From positions 64,001-128,000 of the forward strand of contig CAWBBV010000011.1 of the NCBI GenBank assembly GCA_963787125.1: a DNA stretch of 64,000 nt. Reading direction: 5' to 3'. The notes under the pieces are model-generated. The model was not told the DNA's origin, made no database searches, and saw only the letters and a program-made list of their open reading frames with translations. The stretch comes from an uncultured delta proteobacterium (GTDB taxonomy: Bacteria > Desulfobacterota > Desulfuromonadia > Geobacterales > DSM-12255). A program made the position numbers and the translations under genes. Each line of letters begins with the position of its first letter. Position 1 is the stretch's first letter. This document shows positions 9,881 to 19,654 of the stretch, one piece after another.

Positions 9881-10390
9881 ATGTTGAGAACGATTTTTCG
9901 TTGCACTATGGCCTCATCTCTGGTAGCGCTCCTCAGCTTGTCAGCTCTGGCTGCTGACACGGGGGATGTCACTACCGAGCTTACTCATCGCAAAGTCAGC
10001 ATCGCTGCCAACGGCAAGGAACTGCTCAGCAGTGCCGACAAGGCCCTGCCAGGCGACGTGATCGAGTACAAGACAGTTTACCGCAACAAAGGGAAAAAAC
10101 TGTTGAAGAGCTTCGTGGCTAACCTGCCGGTTCCTAAAGGGATGGAGTTCGTTCCAGGAAGCGCCAGACCGACCGAGGTACTGGCGACCGTTGACGGCAC
10201 AAGTTACGCGCCTGTGCCTCTCAAAAAGAAAGTGAAACTTGCTAACGGCAAAGAAGAGCTGAAGGAGATCCCGCCGGCTGAATATCGGGCACTGCGCTGG
10301 AACCTGAATGAACTTGCCGCCGGCAAAAGTCTTACAACCAGCGCCCGGATGAAAATCGGTAGCAATGAAGCTCCATCCGGCAAAAAATAG
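9881..10390 (+). CDS. Secreted single-domain DUF11-like protein (putative chaperone/cap)
   Basis: Signal peptide ending ALA; PGDVIEYKTVYRN.G, P.GMEFVPGS, W.L.EL.AG.S; AGGAGG RBS. Confidence 0.85.
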   Translation: MLRTIFRCTMASSLVALLSLSALAADTGDVTTELTHRKVSIAANGKELLSSADKALPGDVIEYKTVYRNKGKKLLKSFVANLPVPKGMEFVPGSARPTEVLATVDGTSYAPVPLKKKVKLANGKEELKEIPPAEYRALRWNLNELAAGKSLTTSARMKIGSNEAPSGKK

Positions 10391-10480
10391 CCCTGCTCAT
10401 CTGGCTTGCCTATCAATGCGTTTAATTCATTCACTTAAAATACCTCAACCAAGAAAAATATTAATTCGGAAAGGAGAAAG

Positions 10481-10567
10481 ATGAAAGAAACGAATGCTGA
10501 CAGTTACATTCACCCTCAGAGACACGCAGTTAACCATCGTTCCCACAAAAGGAGGAACCATCAATGA
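10481..10567 (+). CDS. Candidate 28-aa small ORF coupled to the next gene
   Basis: AAGGAG RBS, MKETNADSYIHPQRHAVNHRSHKRRNHQ*, stop overlaps ATG 10564 (ATGA). Confidence 0.3.
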   Translation: MKETNADSYIHPQRHAVNHRSHKRRNHQ

Positions 10568-13440
10568 AACCAAGATTTTTTCAACGCGGATGTGGCAAAC
10601 AGCTGGCAGTGGCTGTTGTCTGCCTCATCACTGCCCTGGCTGTCTTCACCTCTGCCCAGGCAGCCGCCCCACCAGTAAACACGCCGATCGGCAACGCTTC
10701 CTCGGCCACCTACAACGACGGTTCCGGTACCCGGACCGTCACCTCCAATACGGTTATTACCACCGTCATGCAGGTTGCAGCTCTCGACCTTGTGGCAGCC
10801 CAGACCAAGACTGTCAGCCCCGGCGGCACTCTTTACTTCCCCCACACCCTGACCAACACCGGTAACGGCCCTGACAACTACACCCTGAGCTTTGGCGTTG
10901 CAGGTGGAGGTTTTACGCCAACCAGTATCCAGATCTATCCTGATCTCAACGGTGACGGCCTGCCAGATACCGGCTCAACCCCACTGACTCTCGGGGTTAC
11001 CCCGATACCGCTTGCAGCCGGAGGCGTCTACCGCTTTGTTGTGGTGGAAACTGTGCCGGGCCTTGCAGCCGGAAGCCATGCTGAGACAGTGACCGCCACC
11101 AGCTCTCTACCTGTTGCCGTACCGGGAACAAAGACGGCTTCCAATATCGATACTGCTACGGTCAACGCTAATGCCAATATCGTCATCAACAAGGCGATCA
11201 GCATTGCTTCCGGCCCTCCGGGAACTGCCGGCGTCAAATATACCCTCACCTATACCAATACCGGCAATACCGCAGCTACTGCCCTGACAATCACTGACAC
11301 TGTCAACGCCAATATGGCAATAGTGGCAAACTCCGGCTTGTGGAGCGTAACCGGTGTTACGGCGCTAACCAATGCTACCGGTGACGTTCTTCCTGCGGGT
11401 GGCGATCCCACTATCGACTATTCCGTCACTGGCCAGGTGGTCACGGCAATTGTCTCCAAAGTACTCCCCGGTGAAACGCGTGAGATCACCTTCCTGGTGA
11501 ATGTCATCGCAGCCGCACCGGTAGGAATTATCCCGAACAGTGCCGCCTTTACCTATAATGACGGTACCGGTCCGCTTACCGGTTCCGGCGCCACCAACGT
11601 TGCCAACTTCACCGTTACCCAGGTGCCGGGCGTAGTCGCTACCGACGTCTCGGTAACTCCTGCCGCCAGTTCATCAACCGACGATGACACCCTTGCCAAC
11701 GATATCATCAACAAGGCCGGACCGGTTGATCAGGGGACGACTGTCCCCTTCGATGTGGTCATTGTCAACAGCGGCAACGGCTCAGATACCTTTAACATCA
11801 CGGTAGCCAACACCAATTTCCCTGCCGGCACCACTTTTCAGCTTTTCAAGGCAGACGGCAAAACCCCGCTGACCAATACCAATGTCGGCGACGGCATCCC
11901 CGACACCGGTCCGATGGTAAACGGGACAGCGACCCATATTTTTGTCAAGGCGGTCCTCCCTCCCGGCGCCCCGGCGCTAGCCGGACCGTACACTGCCGTT
12001 GTAACGGCAACCTCGATCCTCGGCACTGCGCTGGGGGGTACACCAACCGACACAACCACCATCAGACTCGGCAGTATTGCTACTGCCACTGTTGATATCA
12101 CCAATACCAACGCTCTCGGAGCGGGCGGCTGTACTGCTCTTGCGGCCAATACCTGCGGTGGCGGGGTTGGTCCTGAAGGGACTGCAGTAACAACCCTCTC
12201 CTTGGTCCCGGGCACTACCCCTTCGGCAGCCACTGCCCTCAGGCTCAAGATCAACAACACCAGCGGCTTCCCGGATAACTACGACCTGGGTGTTTTCAGC
12301 GATGCCGCCGCAACAACAGCACTACCAGTCGGTCTAGTCGTCACTTTCCGGGATGACACCCTTGGCACCTGCTCCGGCAATGTCATCACCAATACCGGCA
12401 CAATCACCAACGGTACCGCCTTCAGTGTCTGCGCCGTGGTCTCGGTACCGTCCACCTTTGCCGCAGCCACCTACCCGCTCTATTTCAAGGCACTCTCACC
12501 GGCAACCGGCGCCCTTGACCGTAAATACGACGCGGTTACCATCACGACAGTTCGTAAACTGGTTGTCTCCCCAAACAGTACCGGCCAGATCTTCCCGGGC
12601 GGGGTTAAATACTATGCCCATACCATTACCAACGCCGGTAACGTGACCGAGGGAGCAGCCTTGCTGGACGTCACCTTGGCAACAACTGACACCAAAACCG
12701 GCTGGACCTCGATACTCTACCCGGATTACAACTGCAACGGCATCCTTGACGCCACTGAAGCCGGTACGGTTATCACTGACCTTCGCAACATGACCAGTCC
12801 GGCCAATGTCCTCATAGCCGGTGCCAGCGCCTGTTTCATCGTCAAGGTGCAGTCCTTTGCCGGCTCCGGTGTTGGTGATACCGATGTCACCAGCATTATA
12901 ACCACTCCGACTGCCACCATTAACGGTATCGCTCCTGGCGCTGTTGTCGTCAACATAGCAACAGACACCACCACCATCATCGGCGGTTCCGTCGTTATGA
13001 CGAAAAAGCAGATCAAGGATGATAACTGCACCAACAACGGCGGTGCAGGCTATGCTTCCACTCTCTACACGAGCGCTACCCAGGCCCAGCTTCCCGGCAT
13101 GTGTGTCCGCTATGAAATTACCGCCCTGAACGTCGGGACTAAAGACGTAACCAACCTTGTTATTAGTGACCAAACTCCACAGGGTACTGTCTATAACGAC
13201 GGTACTGTGGTTGCGGCGAGCGCTCTTTGCACCGCCAACGGCGCGCCTGTAACCGGCTTGGCTCCGGCAAAAGCGGATGCAGCACTACTCAACCCGGCAG
13301 GAGCAGTTGCAGCCGGTAATATTTTAACCGGTGCGAACTGCACGGAAGGGAATCTCTCCTTCACCATCCCGACCCTGACACCAGGACAGTCGGCAGTCAT
13401 GCATTTTGGTGTCTTTATCAAGAATCTGACCGTGAATTAA
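10564..13440 (+). CDS. Secreted DUF11/Ig-like repeat protein, 958 aa (putative major fibre subunit)
   Basis: Signal peptide ending AQA; T/G/A/V-rich beta repeats (HTLTNTGN, YTLTYTNTGN); D.N.[DN]G loops; AGGAGG RBS. Confidence 0.88.
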   Translation: MKPRFFQRGCGKQLAVAVVCLITALAVFTSAQAAAPPVNTPIGNASSATYNDGSGTRTVTSNTVITTVMQVAALDLVAAQTKTVSPGGTLYFPHTLTNTGNGPDNYTLSFGVAGGGFTPTSIQIYPDLNGDGLPDTGSTPLTLGVTPIPLAAGGVYRFVVVETVPGLAAGSHAETVTATSSLPVAVPGTKTASNIDTATVNANANIVINKAISIASGPPGTAGVKYTLTYTNTGNTAATALTITDTVNANMAIVANSGLWSVTGVTALTNATGDVLPAGGDPTIDYSVTGQVVTAIVSKVLPGETREITFLVNVIAAAPVGIIPNSAAFTYNDGTGPLTGSGATNVANFTVTQVPGVVATDVSVTPAASSSTDDDTLANDIINKAGPVDQGTTVPFDVVIVNSGNGSDTFNITVANTNFPAGTTFQLFKADGKTPLTNTNVGDGIPDTGPMVNGTATHIFVKAVLPPGAPALAGPYTAVVTATSILGTALGGTPTDTTTIRLGSIATATVDITNTNALGAGGCTALAANTCGGGVGPEGTAVTTLSLVPGTTPSAATALRLKINNTSGFPDNYDLGVFSDAAATTALPVGLVVTFRDDTLGTCSGNVITNTGTITNGTAFSVCAVVSVPSTFAAATYPLYFKALSPATGALDRKYDAVTITTVRKLVVSPNSTGQIFPGGVKYYAHTITNAGNVTEGAALLDVTLATTDTKTGWTSILYPDYNCNGILDATEAGTVITDLRNMTSPANVLIAGASACFIVKVQSFAGSGVGDTDVTSIITTPTATINGIAPGAVVVNIATDTTTIIGGSVVMTKKQIKDDNCTNNGGAGYASTLYTSATQAQLPGMCVRYEITALNVGTKDVTNLVISDQTPQGTVYNDGTVVAASALCTANGAPVTGLAPAKADAALLNPAGAVAAGNILTGANCTEGNLSFTIPTLTPGQSAVMHFGVFIKNLTVN

Positions 13441-13460
13441 TCAGCAGATCGCAGCAGGAA

Positions 13461-13493
13461 GTGCCCCCTCTCCGCAGTCCGGGGAGGGGGCAC
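13461..13493 (+). terminator. GC-rich intra-operon stem-loop without a U tract (mRNA stabiliser or attenuator)
   Basis: gtgccccctctcc ... ggggagggggcac. Confidence 0.55.
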
Positions 13494-13588
13494 CCCCTAA
13501 TCTGGTGATGAGACCCGCAATCACGTGCGGGTTTGACCAGCGGATTTGAGGATTTAAAAACACAGGGCAGTGAGGAAATCAACGCCGC

Positions 13589-16500
13589 ATGACGAAGAGC
13601 ACGCACAGCACATACGAATCGGCCACTCACGGTGGACGGTTCTTCCGGAAGGGAACGGAGCCGGCCTTCGCCGGTCGCCGCCGCTTCTGGTGCTGTCTGG
13701 GACTTCTGTTTTTGTTACTTTTGATCAACCTTCCCGCTGCGGCCGCCCCGCCACCGGCAGGCAGCGTCTTTGAAAATCAGGCCAGCGGCAGTTATGTTGA
13801 TGATACCGGCGCGATTATAGTCGTGCAGACAAATGCAGTCAGAACCACTGTGCTCCCCCTTGAGGCGCTGCTGTTGACCAGCGACCAGTACGTTATTCGT
13901 CCCATTGGCTCAACGGTAACGCTCTCACATAAACTGACCAACACCGGCAACATTCTTTCCAGTTACAATCTAACTCTGGAGAACCTTGCGGGTGATGACT
14001 TTGATTTGACAGGACTGGCTCTTTACCTGGATGCTAACAGTAATGGCCTTATCGATCCGGGGGAAAAGCTGCTTACCCCGGCTGACATAATTAATCTCAA
14101 TCCGAAAGAGAGTGTCTTCATTATCGCTTTCGGGATAATACCGGCAGCGGCCCTTGACGCAACTTCCGCCCAGTTGCAGATAAAGGCAAAGACGATCCTC
14201 CAGGGGCTTTCAACCACTAACCGGGACGTTATCGGGGTTATGAACAGTGCCAGCCTCGAACTCCGCAAGAGCGCCTCGCTGACCAACCCCTCTCCGGGAG
14301 ACGAAGTGTTGTTCAGCGTCACCACTTTCAATAAAGGGGGCGGCGAAGCCTTACCGATCAAAACTATAAAGACTGCGCCTCTTTATATAGACGGCAAAAC
14401 GGCAGAAGCAGTTCTCATCCAGGATATTATCCCGGCAAACAGCTCGTATGTGCCAGGATCGCTGCGCAGTTTTACTGCCGACAAACCTCTTTATCACCGC
14501 AGTGGTGACCCTGCAGGTTCTTATGTAAGCAGTGAACCGGACAGTGTCGACGCAGTTGCCTGCGCGGTTGCCAAAATCGGCCCAGAAGGGCATAATCATC
14601 TGGAGTTCAAGGCTAAGATTCATCCGAATGCTGCCGGTTTCATCGTCAATACCGCCCAAGCCTTCTACGATAACGGCCTGGCCATCGGCACCGTTGAAAG
14701 CAGATCAAATACAGTCACTCTCCCGCTGCCACAGGCCGCGCCAAAAATCGATTATTTCAAAAACAACCAGTTTGACACGCTGACTCATGTCTCCCACCTT
14801 GGAGCGCCACTCTACGTTCAGGCCGATGCAGTCAGATGCAATGCGGATCCCCAAAAAATAGAGGAGCGCCCCATCACCATTACCTCCTCACTTACCGGTG
14901 ACAGCGAAACTTTTATCGGGATCGAAAGCGGCCCCAATACCGGTCTGTTCCGTATTCTGCCCTCCGTTGAGACTCGCGATGCCAAGAGCTATGTCGTTTC
15001 ACGAGGAAATGGCATCCTCGAAGTCCTCAGCAACGATAAACTTATTGCCAGTATCGAAGGCTGCGGCTCAGGTAAAGCCTTCAGCGAACTGCTTATCGAC
15101 CCGGCCGGGGTCGTTTTTAACAGCTCCAGCAATGAGCCTGTGGCTAAAGCCAAAGTTACCCTCATTGACGTTACCGGTGCCTGTAACGGCAACAATCCCG
15201 GCGGGCCGGCCAAGGTTCTGGATATTGATGGTGTAACCATCCTGCCGGCTGAAATTACCACCGGCAGCGATGGTCAGTTCAACTATCCGCTGGTGTCTGC
15301 CTGCATTTATCGCCTGGATGTCATTGCGCCGAACGGCTTCAAGTTCCCTTCACAAGTTCCTGTGCACCTGTTGCCACCGGGAAGAAATGCCATGGTAGCA
15401 GCTTCCTACGGTGCATCCTTCCCGGTAAGCGCTGAAACCGGTGCGATCCGGATAGACATCCCTCTTGATCCGGACGCAGCAAATGGACTCTTCATTGAAA
15501 AAACTTCTTCAGTTCTGGTAGCCGGATTAGGTGATTTCATTGACTATACAATCAAAATCAAAAACCTGAGCGGTATTACCATGAAACAGCTGGTACTTAC
15601 AGACACACTGCCGTTCGGTTTCAGCTACGTAACTGGCAGCACACGTTTCGACGGGACTGCTCATGCCGACCCGGAGGGGGGCCACGGACCGTCACTGACC
15701 TATCGCCTCCCCGACCTCCTCGACGGCAAGTCCGCCTTAATGACTTATCGGGTCAAGATCGGGGCGGCGGCCCTCCAGGGTGACGGTATCAACAGGGCCC
15801 AGGCGACGGCGGCCAAAGGTACCAGGTCGAATCAGGCTACCGCCCAGGTCAAGGTGGTTGGCGGAGTTTTCAGCGATAAAGGCTTCATCATCGGCAAAAT
15901 CTTTACTGACTGTAACCGTAACCGTATTCAGGATGACGAGGAGCCTGGCATTCCCGGAATTCGGCTTTATCTGGAAGACGGCACTTTCGTAATCAGTGAC
16001 AGTGAGGGCAAATTCAGCTTCTACGGTGTTTCGCCCCGAACCCATGTGCTAAAACTTGACACTACAACCCTGCCGGAAGGTGCCGAGCTCATAGATCTGT
16101 CAAACCGCAATGCCGCCGATGCCGGGAGCCGCTTCATCGACTTGAAAAATGGCGAAATCCATAAAGCAAATTTTGCTGAAGGCTCTTGCAATGCTACGGT
16201 CATGAAAGAGGTGAAGTTGCGCCGGGCACAGGGGGAAATTTTCGTTGCGGAGACAGAACTGCGGGTGAGAGACAGGTTTACCTTTGACACACCAGCTGTT
16301 TTAACAGCTGACACCAGAGCTAATCCTCCCAGCGGGATTATCGGTACCGAAGCGAAAATACCCACCTTCACCCCCCTCCCATCAGCGGCGACGAGCACGG
16401 CAAATCTGAAGCAACCGGACTCTGTACCGCTGCAAGAGTCAACACTTCAGCTCAAAGGACTTGAGGATCTGCTTATCGGCAAGGATAATAGTGCTGATGT

Positions 16501-19500
16501 GTTGAATTTGTCTGAGGGGACTGTTCTCCCCTCCAGACAGAGTAATATAGTAATCAAGGGCAAGCTCGGCAGCAGTTTCAGGTTGACCGTCAATGGGACG
16601 GAGGTTCCCGAAACCAGGATCGGTAAAAAAATAAGTGATAACGAACGACAGCTCGAAGGGCGAGAGTATATCGGCGTTGAGATGCTTGCCGGTAACAATG
16701 TGCTCGAACTGAGCCAACTCGATCCGTTTGGTAATGTTCGCGAGAAAAAGACCTTGACGGTCATTGCTCCGGACGAACTGCAAAGAATCATTCTTGAGAT
16801 TGGCGACCAGAACATCCCGGCAGACGGGCATTCCCAGATAAAGGTGAAAGTGCGGCTTGTGGATGAACGCGGAGTGGCAGTTGCTGCCCGCACTCAACTT
16901 ACTCTGGAGAGCAGTCTGGGTCGCTGGCAGGTAACCGACCTCAACACCGTTGAACCGGGAGTCCAGGTTTTCATCGAAGGGGGGAGTGCCGAATTCCTGC
17001 TGATCCCGCCGCAACAACCCGGCGAGGCGGTAGTGCGGGTTTCGTCGGGAGTGTTGACCTCTGAAACCAAACTGTTTTTTGTTCCCGAGCTGCGGCCTAT
17101 AATCGCAACCGGTCTGATTGAGGGCACCATTAACCTGCAGGGAAAGAGCCTCTCGGGAATGCTCCCCGCCCATTCAAGAGACGGCTTCGACCAGGAACTG
17201 CGTGAATTCTCAGTCAGTGCTGACAATGGAAAGTTTCAGGCAGCAGGTCGCACCGCTTTCTTTCTAAAAGGGAAAGTTGCGGGCGACTATCTTCTGACAC
17301 TTGCCTATGACTCCGATAAGGAAACCAAAGAGAGACTTTTCCGGGACATTCAACCGGATGAGTTCTATCCGGTTTATGGCGACTCTTCTGTCAGGGGATA
17401 TGATGCCCAATCTACCAGCAAGCTCTATGTCCGGGTCGACAAAAACAGATCATATCTGCTTTATGGTGATTTTGTTACCCCGCAAGGGAACGAGTCCCGT
17501 ACCCTTGGGTCATATAACCGCAGCCTCACCGGCATAAAGGGGCATTACGAGAACAACAAGGTTAATGTGAATGCTTTTGCCAGCGAAGACAGCACCAGGC
17601 AGAATATAGACGAAGTTCCCGCTAAGGGGACTTCCGGCCCCTATGGCCTGAGCAATGGCGGCATTGTTGTCAACAGCGAGCAGGTGGCAATTATTACCCG
17701 CGATCGCAATCAGCCGTCACTAATTCTAAAAACAGAACCACAGGTGCGGTTCGTCGATTACGAGATAGATGCTGTCAGCGGTCAGATCATTTTCAAGGCA
17801 CCGGTGGCAACATACAACTCTGCCATGAATCCACAGTCAATCAGAGTCATCTACGAAGTGTATCAGGGCGGCGATAAGTTCTGGGTCGCCGGCGCAGATG
17901 CCCAGGTTAAGTTGCTCAATCGATGGGAAGTTGGCGGAGCCTACATCAGGGATGAAAATCCTGTTGACCATGCAACCCTGTCAAGTGTCAACTCTACGGT
18001 AAAACTGACTGACAAGACATTCCTCATCGGCGAATGGGCAGCCATGACAAAAGACTCTACCGGCAGCGGCGAAGCACAAAGACTGGAACTCCGCCATGAA
18101 GACAACGCTCTCAAAGCCAAAGTTCAGCTGCTTCGTGCCGATCATGGTTTTGATAACCCAACAGCCGGCATTGGCAGGGGACGATTGGAAGCCAATGCCA
18201 ATCTTGACTATAAAGTTCGTAACGGCACCCTTTTTCATGCCGAGGCACTGCACAGTGAAGATCTGATAAATAACGGCACTCGCGACGGGTTGCTCTTCGG
18301 CCTGCAGCAGTCTTTTGGCAAAGCAGCTACCGCAGAACTTGGCATGCGCTTCAGCAAGGAGACAACAGCCCCTTCACAGATTGGCAGCATCGGCGTGACG
18401 CCACTGGAGCTGACCACTGTCCGCGCCAAATTGAGCAGTCAACTGCCGCAGTTTCCAAAAGTGAGCCTGTTCGGCGAATACGAGCAGTCAGTGAACAATA
18501 TTGACCGACAGATGGCGTCAGTCGGGGGTGACTATCGCTTCTCTGAAAAAGGGCGTCTCTATATGCGGCACCAGTTTATCTCCAGCCTTACCGGGCCATT
18601 CGGTCTTAACGGCAGCCAGCAACAGAATACTTCGCTGGTAGGTGTGGACAGCGAATATATGAAAGATGGCAACGTATTCAGCGAGTATCGGGTCAGGGAT
18701 GCCGTCGCCGGTCGAGATTCGGAGGCAGCAATAGGCCTTCGTAACGGCTGGAATATTGCAAAAGGAGTTCGTCTCAATACCACCTTCGAACGGATTGAAT
18801 CCCTTAGCGGCAAGACCGACACTACTGCCACAGCTGTTACCGGTGCCGTTGAATACCTGCCAAACCCTCTCTGGAAGGGGAGTGCCCGCCTTGAGTTCCG
18901 TTTTGCCAGCAGTAGTAACACCACCCTTGCCACACTCGGTGTGGCTCATAAACTGAATCGCAATATTACCCTTCTTGGTCGCAACATCCTGAGCCTGACA
19001 GACAACAAAGGTGCCGTTGGTGATAAGCTCCAACAACGATTACAGGCCGGATTTGCCTATCGGCCAACTGATACCGACACCTGGAACGTTCTCAGTAAGT
19101 ACGAATTCAGGCTTGAGGATGACAAAAGTCTGGCGCTTGCGTCCAACAACAGGGTAGTTCATATAATTTCCAGCCATTTGAACTATCAGCCCCAAAAGTC
19201 TTTTACCCTAAGCGGCCTATACGCCGGCAAGTACGTTGCCTATGATGCGAACAGTCTGTCGAGCAGCACGAATACCCACATGCTGCGCAGTCGACTTTTC
19301 TATGACCTCACCAACTCCTGGGATCTTGGTCTGAATGGCGGTGTCCTGTTCAATGGTTTTTTCAATACTGCCCTTTATGGAGTCGGTACTGAAGTCGGCT
19401 ATCTAGTGGCTGCCAATCTCTGGATCTCGACCGGTTACAATTTTTTCGGCTACAATGACAAAGACCTTTCTGCTGAGGAATACACTAATCATGGAGTTTA

Positions 19501-19621
19501 TGTAAGGCTCCGCTTCAAATTTGACGAGGATCTATTCTCCGGCAACGATGCAGGGAAAAACAAGACACTTGCACCAGTGACGCCAATAACCCCTACTGAG
19601 AATCGCAGGGCAGGGCAATAG
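13589..19621 (+). CDS. 2010-aa DUF11/SdrD-B-like protein with a probable C-terminal outer-membrane beta-barrel
   Basis: Signal region, two complete DUF11 domains, GKIFTDCNRNRIQD..EPGIPG module; long amphipathic beta C-terminus ending YVRLRFKFDE. Confidence 0.85.
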   Translation: MTKSTHSTYESATHGGRFFRKGTEPAFAGRRRFWCCLGLLFLLLLINLPAAAAPPPAGSVFENQASGSYVDDTGAIIVVQTNAVRTTVLPLEALLLTSDQYVIRPIGSTVTLSHKLTNTGNILSSYNLTLENLAGDDFDLTGLALYLDANSNGLIDPGEKLLTPADIINLNPKESVFIIAFGIIPAAALDATSAQLQIKAKTILQGLSTTNRDVIGVMNSASLELRKSASLTNPSPGDEVLFSVTTFNKGGGEALPIKTIKTAPLYIDGKTAEAVLIQDIIPANSSYVPGSLRSFTADKPLYHRSGDPAGSYVSSEPDSVDAVACAVAKIGPEGHNHLEFKAKIHPNAAGFIVNTAQAFYDNGLAIGTVESRSNTVTLPLPQAAPKIDYFKNNQFDTLTHVSHLGAPLYVQADAVRCNADPQKIEERPITITSSLTGDSETFIGIESGPNTGLFRILPSVETRDAKSYVVSRGNGILEVLSNDKLIASIEGCGSGKAFSELLIDPAGVVFNSSSNEPVAKAKVTLIDVTGACNGNNPGGPAKVLDIDGVTILPAEITTGSDGQFNYPLVSACIYRLDVIAPNGFKFPSQVPVHLLPPGRNAMVAASYGASFPVSAETGAIRIDIPLDPDAANGLFIEKTSSVLVAGLGDFIDYTIKIKNLSGITMKQLVLTDTLPFGFSYVTGSTRFDGTAHADPEGGHGPSLTYRLPDLLDGKSALMTYRVKIGAAALQGDGINRAQATAAKGTRSNQATAQVKVVGGVFSDKGFIIGKIFTDCNRNRIQDDEEPGIPGIRLYLEDGTFVISDSEGKFSFYGVSPRTHVLKLDTTTLPEGAELIDLSNRNAADAGSRFIDLKNGEIHKANFAEGSCNATVMKEVKLRRAQGEIFVAETELRVRDRFTFDTPAVLTADTRANPPSGIIGTEAKIPTFTPLPSAATSTANLKQPDSVPLQESTLQLKGLEDLLIGKDNSADVLNLSEGTVLPSRQSNIVIKGKLGSSFRLTVNGTEVPETRIGKKISDNERQLEGREYIGVEMLAGNNVLELSQLDPFGNVREKKTLTVIAPDELQRIILEIGDQNIPADGHSQIKVKVRLVDERGVAVAARTQLTLESSLGRWQVTDLNTVEPGVQVFIEGGSAEFLLIPPQQPGEAVVRVSSGVLTSETKLFFVPELRPIIATGLIEGTINLQGKSLSGMLPAHSRDGFDQELREFSVSADNGKFQAAGRTAFFLKGKVAGDYLLTLAYDSDKETKERLFRDIQPDEFYPVYGDSSVRGYDAQSTSKLYVRVDKNRSYLLYGDFVTPQGNESRTLGSYNRSLTGIKGHYENNKVNVNAFASEDSTRQNIDEVPAKGTSGPYGLSNGGIVVNSEQVAIITRDRNQPSLILKTEPQVRFVDYEIDAVSGQIIFKAPVATYNSAMNPQSIRVIYEVYQGGDKFWVAGADAQVKLLNRWEVGGAYIRDENPVDHATLSSVNSTVKLTDKTFLIGEWAAMTKDSTGSGEAQRLELRHEDNALKAKVQLLRADHGFDNPTAGIGRGRLEANANLDYKVRNGTLFHAEALHSEDLINNGTRDGLLFGLQQSFGKAATAELGMRFSKETTAPSQIGSIGVTPLELTTVRAKLSSQLPQFPKVSLFGEYEQSVNNIDRQMASVGGDYRFSEKGRLYMRHQFISSLTGPFGLNGSQQQNTSLVGVDSEYMKDGNVFSEYRVRDAVAGRDSEAAIGLRNGWNIAKGVRLNTTFERIESLSGKTDTTATAVTGAVEYLPNPLWKGSARLEFRFASSSNTTLATLGVAHKLNRNITLLGRNILSLTDNKGAVGDKLQQRLQAGFAYRPTDTDTWNVLSKYEFRLEDDKSLALASNNRVVHIISSHLNYQPQKSFTLSGLYAGKYVAYDANSLSSSTNTHMLRSRLFYDLTNSWDLGLNGGVLFNGFFNTALYGVGTEVGYLVAANLWISTGYNFFGYNDKDLSAEEYTNHGVYVRLRFKFDEDLFSGNDAGKNKTLAPVTPITPTENRRAGQ

Positions 19622-19654
19622 TAACAAAGCCGAATTTATAGAGGAATATCAATC

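Noticed and set aside
13676..13690. RRRF in the 2010-aa leader as a Tat signal
   Set aside because: Poor match to S/T-R-R-x-F-L-K, and outer-membrane barrel proteins normally use Sec.
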